Shown: in pieces, positions 58,273 to 64,000 of the stretch
Layout of the letters: each line of letters begins with the position of its first letter
Position numbering within the stretch: position 1 is the first letter of the stretch
Assembly (NCBI GenBank): GCA_963767925.1
Contig: CAVYGB010000002.1
Location: forward strand, 160,001 to 224,000
Reading direction: 5' to 3'
From: an uncultured delta proteobacterium
Lineage (GTDB): Bacteria > Myxococcota_A > Polyangia > Fen-1088
Length of the DNA stretch: 64,000 nt
Program-made: the position numbers and the translations under genes
Notes under the pieces: model-generated
The model's input: the letters and a program-made list of their open reading frames with translations, nothing else
Databases searched by the model: none
Told to the model about the DNA's origin: nothing

Positions 58273-61200
58273 ATGAGCGTCGATAACCCCACGATTCATC
58301 CCGAGGAGCTGCTCGCACATGCGGCCTGGCTGCAACGGCTGGCCGCGCGGCTGGTGGGGTCCACGGCTGCGGCCGAGGACCTCGTCCAGGACACCTACGT
58401 CGCGGCGTTGAAGTCGCCGCCCCACGGCGATCGATCGCCACGGCCCTGGCTGGCCCAGGTGCTGCGCAACCTGGTGCGCAACCGGGCGCGCGGCGATGGC
58501 CGCTCGGCGGCGCGGGTCCGGCGCGCCTCGGCGGGCGAGGCGAACAGCCTTCCCAGCGCAGAGGATCTGCTCACCCAGCACGAAGCGCGGCGGCTGGTCG
58601 CCGAGCTGGTCTCGCGGCTCGAGGAACCCTACCGATCGACGGTGCTGCTCTGTTACGGGCAGGGGCTGACGCCGGCAGCGGTGGCGACAAAGCAGGGGAT
58701 CCCCGCGGGCACCGTGCGCTGGCGGCTGAAGCGGGGGCTCGACGATCTGCGATCTTCCCTCGATGCGCGCTACGACGGGGATCGCCGGGCCTGGTCGGCC
58801 GCGCTGGCTCCGCTGGCCGCGGGCGCCGCGCAGCTCGGCGGCGCCGTCCCGGTGACCGCTGGGCTCAAGCTCGCGGTCGTGGTGCTCGCCGCTGCCGGCT
58901 TCGGCCTGTGGCTGGGCACGCGCTCGGAAAGCACGGAGAGCATCCCGGAGGGCGCGGTCACCGCGCGCGCCGCCGCCAACCTCGCCCCCTTCCAGGCCGG
59001 CGCCGAGCGCGGGCCCGCGCCGCCCGCCCCCGCCGGTGGGCCGCAGGGACAAGGGCCACAGGGCGGACCGCAGGCGCTCCTCGCCGTGGCGGCGGCGCCC
59101 GCCCAGCCGGGCGGCGGCGCCGGGGGGCCACCCGTCCCGCCGGCCGAGGCGATCAAGAAGGCCATGGAGGTCGGCAACGCGCCGGTCAAGGGGGACCCCA
59201 AGGCGCCGGTCACGATCGTGGCCTTCAGCGAGTTCCAGTGCCCCTTCTGCGCGCGGGTACAGCCGGTGCTGGCGGAGCTCATGACGAGCTACCCCAAGGA
59301 GGTACGGCTGGTCTTCAAGAACCTGCCGCTCCCGTTCCACGAGCACGCCAAGCTCGCCGCCGAGGCGGGCCTGGCCGCCAACGAGCAGGGCAAGTTCTGG
59401 GAGATGCACGATCGCCTGTTCGCGAACCAGGACGCGCTCGATCCGGTCGCGCTCGTCGCGCACGCCGAGGCCATCGGGCTCGACGTGGCTCGCTTCCGCA
59501 AGGCGCTCGACGAGAAGCGCTTCCTGGCCGCGGTCGAGGAGGACATGCGGGTGGCCAAGGCGGCCGGCCTTGACGGGACCCCGTCGTTTCTCGTCAACGG
59601 CAAGCCGATCGTGGGCGCCCAGCCGCTGGGGGCCTTCAAGAGCGCCGTCGACGGGGCGCTCGCCCGGGCGAAGGGCCTGCCCGAGCCGCCGCCGCCAGCC
59701 CAGGTCGGGTGGCCCCCGCCGACCCCGCCCAATTCGCCCCCCGCCGATCCGGCCGCCCTGCGCGCCGCCGTCGAGTCGGCCACCGCCCCCTCGAAGGGCG
59801 CCCCCCGGGCACCCGTGACGATCGTGCTGTTCTCGGAGTTCGAGTGCCCGTTCTGCGCGAAGATCGTGCCGACCATGAACGAGCTCCTGGCGGCCTTCCC
59901 GGACGAGGTGCGCCTGGTGTGGCGAAACCTGCCGCTGCCCTTCCACCAGAACGCCGCCCCGGCGGCAGAGGCCGCGCTCGCCGCCCACGAGCAGGGCAAG
60001 TTCTGGCCCATGCACGATCGCCTCTTCGCCCACCAGCAGGAGCTGGGGCCGGGGGCGCTCGAGGCGCACGCCAAGGCGGTCGGGCTCGACCTCGACCGCT
60101 TCCGCGCCGCGATCAAGGACCGGCGCTTTCGCAAGGTGGTCGAGGCGGACCTGCAAGTCGCCCAGGCGCACGGGATCCACGGGACCCCAACCGGGGTGAT
60201 CAATGGACGGATCCTCGCGGGCGCCCAGCCCCTCGAGCGCTGGAAGACCTCCGTCGACCGCGAGCTGCGACGGGCGCGCGGCCTTCCGGTGGTCGAGGAG
60301 CCGGCGCCGGTACGAGGGGTGCCGCCCACCGAGCGGCCACGCCTGGACGTTCTCCGGGGCCAGTGGCCCCCGCCCCGCCTGGCTCTGCCCGACGAGGTGC
60401 TCGGCGAGCGCCTGCGCGTCCCCTTCCCCACCGGCGACGCCCCCTCCCTCGGTCCCGGTCGGGCAGTGGTCGAGGTGCTCTACTTCAACGACTACGCATG
60501 CCGGGGGTGCGGCCTCGGCAAGGTCATCGTCGACGGCTTGCGGGCCAGCTACGGCAAGCACCTGCGGATCGTGGCTCGCCCGGTGCCTTACGCGTCCTCC
60601 AGCAGCCCCGGGGCCCAGCAGGTGGCCGAGGCGGCCTGGGCGGCCCACGCCCAGGGCAAGTTCTGGGCCATGCACGACAAGATGTTCAGCGGCGGTTTCG
60701 AGATGGATCGGGCCACCCTGGAGCGTTACGCCGCCGAGATCGGGCTCGACGTCGACGAGCTCAAGGCCGCCCTCGACGATGGCCGCTTCCGGAGCAAGGT
60801 GAAAGAGGACGTCGAGCTGATCAGCAGCGCGGGTCTGCGGGGCCGGCCCCTGTTCGTCGTCAATGGCCGTCGCGCCGATGGCACATCTGCGCTGGTGCAG
60901 CTCGTGGAGGCGGCGCTCACGAAGGCGGGGATCAAGCCCCCGGTCCTCGCGCCAGCGCCCGGCAGGCCGCCAGGATCGAACGCCGTTGTGATGCAGCGGC
61001 TGTCGGTGCCGCAGCAGTTCCACCTGGAGAAGCGCGACGAGGGCTGGGCCGCCACCGTCGAGAAGGAGGTCGGCCCGCTCGTCGAGCGCGACCTGCGCGC
61101 GCTGGACCCGCGCGCCAGCGCCAGGCTCGAGTGCCGGACCAGCCTGTGCCGGCTGAGCTTCCGATCGGAAAAGGGGCAACCCGCCCTCACCGCGTTCGCC

Positions 61201-61434
61201 CGCCAGGTGTACAAGGCCGACCTGCTCGCCGGGGCGCCGGCGGGCCAGGCCCAGGCGTTCCTCGTGGTGGGCGAGCAGCGGCAGGGGGTGGCGCCAACCA
61301 CCGGGGTGGCGCCGACCACCGAGGAGAGCATCGCGCGCCTGCGCTCGCGCCGATCGACCCAGCTCTTCTCGCTGCGCACCGGCCGGCTGGCGCCCGATCC
61401 CGACCTCCCCCTGAGCAAGCTCCCTCCGGAGTGA
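58273..61434 (+). CDS. ECF sigma-70 factor fused via a TM helix to three DsbA/thioredoxin-like domains (1053 aa)
   Basis: RBS ggagg. Sigma2 AEDLVQDT..WL..V.RN; sigma4 L.E.YR..V.L..GIP.GTVR.RL.RG; TM; FSEFQCPFC, FSEFECPFC, FNDYACRGC, each followed by QGKFW.MHD. Confidence 0.9.
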   Translation: MSVDNPTIHPEELLAHAAWLQRLAARLVGSTAAAEDLVQDTYVAALKSPPHGDRSPRPWLAQVLRNLVRNRARGDGRSAARVRRASAGEANSLPSAEDLLTQHEARRLVAELVSRLEEPYRSTVLLCYGQGLTPAAVATKQGIPAGTVRWRLKRGLDDLRSSLDARYDGDRRAWSAALAPLAAGAAQLGGAVPVTAGLKLAVVVLAAAGFGLWLGTRSESTESIPEGAVTARAAANLAPFQAGAERGPAPPAPAGGPQGQGPQGGPQALLAVAAAPAQPGGGAGGPPVPPAEAIKKAMEVGNAPVKGDPKAPVTIVAFSEFQCPFCARVQPVLAELMTSYPKEVRLVFKNLPLPFHEHAKLAAEAGLAANEQGKFWEMHDRLFANQDALDPVALVAHAEAIGLDVARFRKALDEKRFLAAVEEDMRVAKAAGLDGTPSFLVNGKPIVGAQPLGAFKSAVDGALARAKGLPEPPPPAQVGWPPPTPPNSPPADPAALRAAVESATAPSKGAPRAPVTIVLFSEFECPFCAKIVPTMNELLAAFPDEVRLVWRNLPLPFHQNAAPAAEAALAAHEQGKFWPMHDRLFAHQQELGPGALEAHAKAVGLDLDRFRAAIKDRRFRKVVEADLQVAQAHGIHGTPTGVINGRILAGAQPLERWKTSVDRELRRARGLPVVEEPAPVRGVPPTERPRLDVLRGQWPPPRLALPDEVLGERLRVPFPTGDAPSLGPGRAVVEVLYFNDYACRGCGLGKVIVDGLRASYGKHLRIVARPVPYASSSSPGAQQVAEAAWAAHAQGKFWAMHDKMFSGGFEMDRATLERYAAEIGLDVDELKAALDDGRFRSKVKEDVELISSAGLRGRPLFVVNGRRADGTSALVQLVEAALTKAGIKPPVLAPAPGRPPGSNAVVMQRLSVPQQFHLEKRDEGWAATVEKEVGPLVERDLRALDPRASARLECRTSLCRLSFRSEKGQPALTAFARQVYKADLLAGAPAGQAQAFLVVGEQRQGVAPTTGVAPTTEESIARLRSRRSTQLFSLRTGRLAPDPDLPLSKLPPE

Positions 61435-61539
61435 CCACCCCCGAGCCGCCCCGCCCCGCGCCCCTGATTCTGCGGGGGCTACCGGGGCCGGGCGGGTGGG
61501 TTCGGCCCGGGGCCGCGCGCGGGTGAAGTAAACTTGGCC

Positions 61540-62034
61540 ATGGACAGCGCAGGTGCAGCCTCCCCGCCGTCAGGGCGGGCCAGGCTGAGGAAGGTTGTGA
61601 AGGTCGGCCTGGTCCTCGCAGTGGCGATCGGGATCGCCCTGCAGCTCGTCCCGGTCGAGGGGATCGGCAGGAACCCGCCGCAGCGGTACAAGGTCGAGGC
61701 GCCGCCGGAGGTGGAGCGGATCCTCCGGGAGTCCTGCTTCGACTGCCACTCCAACGAGACCCAGTGGCCGTTTTACGCCCGCATCGCCCCCGGTTCGTGG
61801 CTGATGGCGCGCGATGTGCGGAAGGGTCGCAGCCGCATGAACTTCTCCGAGTGGGGCGATACCGACGAGGAAGAACGCGCCATCGATCGCCAGAACGCCT
61901 GGGACGAGATCGAATCCGGTGACATGCCCCCCTGGTTCTACATCCCCATGAACCCCGCCCGCCGCCTCAGCGCCGAGGAGAAGGCCACCCTGAAAGCCTG
62001 GCTCCTCGAAAAGAAACCAGCCGCCAAGCCCTGA
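61540..62034 (+). CDS. Haem-binding domain (Haem_bd) c-type cytochrome
   Basis: Signal/TM; SCFDCHSN.T.WP.Y..IAP.SW, NFSEW, MPP..Y. Confidence 0.9.
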   Translation: MDSAGAASPPSGRARLRKVVKVGLVLAVAIGIALQLVPVEGIGRNPPQRYKVEAPPEVERILRESCFDCHSNETQWPFYARIAPGSWLMARDVRKGRSRMNFSEWGDTDEEERAIDRQNAWDEIESGDMPPWFYIPMNPARRLSAEEKATLKAWLLEKKPAAKP

Positions 62035-62191
62035 CAACGCCGAACGATCTGCCCCGGATGGGTGGACAGGCCAGCGTTTACAGAGAGCGGACAGGAATCG
62101 GTACAGTTCCCGGACCCAGGCTGATTCCATCTGGGGTCGTGGAAGCCTGACTCGTGACCCTTGCTCGTCTCGGGGGCAGAGCACCCATTCG

Positions 62192-62569
62192 CTACCCCGC
62201 CTTCTTGGCCAGCGCCGGCTTGGTCAGCGCCGGCTTGGCCAGCGCCTTCTTGGCCAGCGCCGGCTTGGCCAGCGCCTTCTTGGCCAGCGCCGGCTTGGCC
62301 AGCGGCCGCTTCGCCGGCGGCAGCCCCAGCTTCCTGCGCACCTCCGCCTCGCTGTGCCGGGGACGCTTGGACTTGCGCACCTTCTCGATCATCTCCCAGA
62401 ACTCGGGCCGGCCCTCGATCACGACCGAGCCGATGTCGACCCGACCCTCCACGCCAAGCAGCATCGCCACGGGTTTGCCGTGTCGAGTGAGCCAGACCGG
62501 CTCGGCTTGCGCCTGCTCGACCAGGTCAGCCAGCTTTGCGCGGGCCTCCTGCATGCTGATGCTCTTCAT
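62192..62569 (-). CDS. Phd/YefM-family antitoxin with basic repetitive tail
   Basis: MKSIS..EARAKL..LVE.A..EPV.LTRHGKPVA.L; ATGA overlap with the toxin. Confidence 0.88.
   Translation of the reverse strand: MKSISMQEARAKLADLVEQAQAEPVWLTRHGKPVAMLLGVEGRVDIGSVVIEGRPEFWEMIEKVRKSKRPRHSEAEVRRKLGLPPAKRPLAKPALAKKALAKPALAKKALAKPALTKPALAKKAG
62201..62305 (-). repeat. 15-bp in-frame tandem repeat x7 (ALAKK/ALAKP)
   Basis: Units c(tt/gg)cttggccagcgc. Confidence 0.92.
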
Positions 62570-62889
62570 TGGCTCTCCTCCTCTATTTTCGTGGCCGCCG
62601 CCATGGCGTCAGCCAGGGTCAACGTCCCCTTGTGGACGACCCGGATGATGAGCACCAGCGTCTCGGGCACGATGTCGTACAGCACGCCGAAGGCGCCGAC
62701 CTGCAGCTCCCAGGCAGCGCTGACGGACAGATCGGGCGACGGCACGACCGGCTTGCGGTGCTTGGTAATCACCATCGGTTGATAGGTCAGGTTCTTGCTA
62801 ATGGCGTCCGCGATCCGGGCTCGGTCGAACGCACGCAGCGCCAGCAGGTCGGCCAAAGCCTCGTCCGAGTACTGAATCGCGAAGGGCAT
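62566..62889 (-). CDS. RelE/ParE-family toxin
   Basis: F.IQYS.EA..DL..L, I..AI...L..QP, WELQVG.F.VLYDI. Confidence 0.8.
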   Translation of the reverse strand: MPFAIQYSDEALADLLALRAFDRARIADAISKNLTYQPMVITKHRKPVVPSPDLSVSAAWELQVGAFGVLYDIVPETLVLIIRVVHKGTLTLADAMAAATKIEEESQ

Positions 62890-62908
62890 GGACCAACTGT
62901 CTACGGAT

Positions 62909-62937
62909 ATTCTGTACCGTAAAAAGTACAGAATCAA
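62909..62937 (-). promoter_or_regulatory. TA promoter (TTGATT-N17-CAGAAT) overlapped by operator ATTCTGTAC-N8-GTACAGAAT
   Basis: Perfect 9-bp inverted repeat at 62909-62934, 19 bp upstream of the toxin ATG. Confidence 0.75.
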
Positions 62938-63130
62938 GCGATGGTGCCGCGGCATCCCGTTGACCGGCCACCTGTGGCGTCCGGCGCTCCACTGGTGCTT
63001 TCGACGGATTCAGGGGTCAGACGGGCTCGCAATCGCGGGCCTTGGGGGGCCGGGATGTGGCGCGGAGCTTCGCGGGCGGGCAGCCTGTGGATGGGGGGCA
63101 GGCGGGCGGGGCCGGGAAGGAGGGGTTGCG

Positions 63131-63892
63131 ATGTCGTTGCAGCGCAGGTGGGTGGCGGAGTTGATCGGGACGTTCTGGCTGGTGCTCGGGGGGTGCGGGA
63201 GCGCGGTGCTGGCGGCCAGCTTCCCCCAGCTCGGCATCGGGTTTCAGGGCGTGGCCCTCGCCTTCGGGCTGTCGGTGCTGACCATGGCCTACGCGCTCGG
63301 CGGTATCTCGGGCGGACACTTCAACCCGGCCGTCTCGCTGGGGCTCTACATCGGCGGGCGTTTCCCGGCGCGCGAGCTGCCGCACTACCTGCTGGCCCAG
63401 GTCGCAGGCGCGATCCTGGCCGGTGGCGTCCTCTACCTCATCGCCAGCGGCGCCCCCGGCTTCACCACCGCCGCGGGGTTCGCCACCAACGGCTACGGGC
63501 GCCTCTCGCCCGGCGGCTACTCGCTGGGGGCCGCCTTCCTGTGCGAGCTGGTGCTCACCGCGGGTTTCCTCATCGTCATCCTCGGCGCGACAGACAGCAA
63601 GCGCGCCGCCCCCGGCTTCGCCCCGATCGCCATCGGCCTCGCCCTCACCCTGATCCACCTCATCAGCATCCCGGTGACAAACACCTCGGTGAACCCCGCC
63701 CGCAGCACCGGCGTCGCCGTCTTCGCCGACCCCGCCGCCTTCCGCCAGCTCTGGCTGTTCTGGCTGGCCCCCCTGCTCGGCGGCGCTATCGGCGCCACCC
63801 TCTACCGCCTCCTCGCCGAGGAACACCCCTTCGCCCTCCCCCGCCGCCACCCCCTCGGCCCGACCCCCCCGATCCCGGAACCCCAGACGTAA
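63131..63892 (+). CDS. aqpZ: Aquaporin Z
   Basis: [37 protein letters not shown]. Confidence 0.95.
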   Translation: MSLQRRWVAELIGTFWLVLGGCGSAVLAASFPQLGIGFQGVALAFGLSVLTMAYALGGISGGHFNPAVSLGLYIGGRFPARELPHYLLAQVAGAILAGGVLYLIASGAPGFTTAAGFATNGYGRLSPGGYSLGAAFLCELVLTAGFLIVILGATDSKRAAPGFAPIAIGLALTLIHLISIPVTNTSVNPARSTGVAVFADPAAFRQLWLFWLAPLLGGAIGATLYRLLAEEHPFALPRRHPLGPTPPIPEPQT

Positions 63893-64000
63893 GGTGGTGC
63901 CCAGCACGGCGGTTGCCCCCGGCAGGGTGAAGTCTCGGGGTTGAGGCCGGAACAACGAGCTTCGGAGCCGCTGCGAGGTCAGCTGTCCCGCCAGCGCGAC

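Noticed and set aside
56830..61434. Single 1534-aa lipoprotein-sigma-DsbA fusion as in the ORF track
   Set aside because: The 5' part is a frameshifted lipoprotein gene with its own stop at 58147; the sigma gene has its own RBS and ATG at 58273.
62912..62931. LexA SOS box
   Set aside because: CTGT and ACAG are 12 bp apart rather than 8; better explained as the TA operator.

Overview
Very GC-rich bacterial DNA whose gene content (PAS/hybrid histidine kinases, a Ser/Thr kinase, TPR/PEGA proteins, Gly-rich lipoproteins, REP-type palindromes) points to a myxobacterium (inference). In order: a 5'-truncated hybrid kinase; an exopolysaccharide block; a decayed ImmA/IrrE + PIN module; treY-treZ-debranching enzyme followed by four small stress-type membrane proteins; a PLP decarboxylase, a metallophosphoesterase, DUF389, a frameshifted alanine/cation symporter and folA; a kinase / TM-PEGA / TPR / binding-protein cassette; REP-flanked gene remnants; an SLT; a beta-barrel; a YeeE/YedE pair bracketed by 37-bp inverted repeats together with a 157-bp tandem array; plsX + App1; a cytochrome P460-like lipoprotein; a GH20; a CTAG-ended MITE; a hydrolase; a RelE-Phd pair; aqpZ. 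The most unusual item is a 1053-aa ECF sigma factor fused through one transmembrane helix to three DsbA-like CxxC domains, followed by a haem-binding protein gene. No rRNA, tRNA, CRISPR array or intact transposase was seen. Several single-base frameshifts may be assembly errors. All family calls come from motif recognition by eye; no database searches were run.
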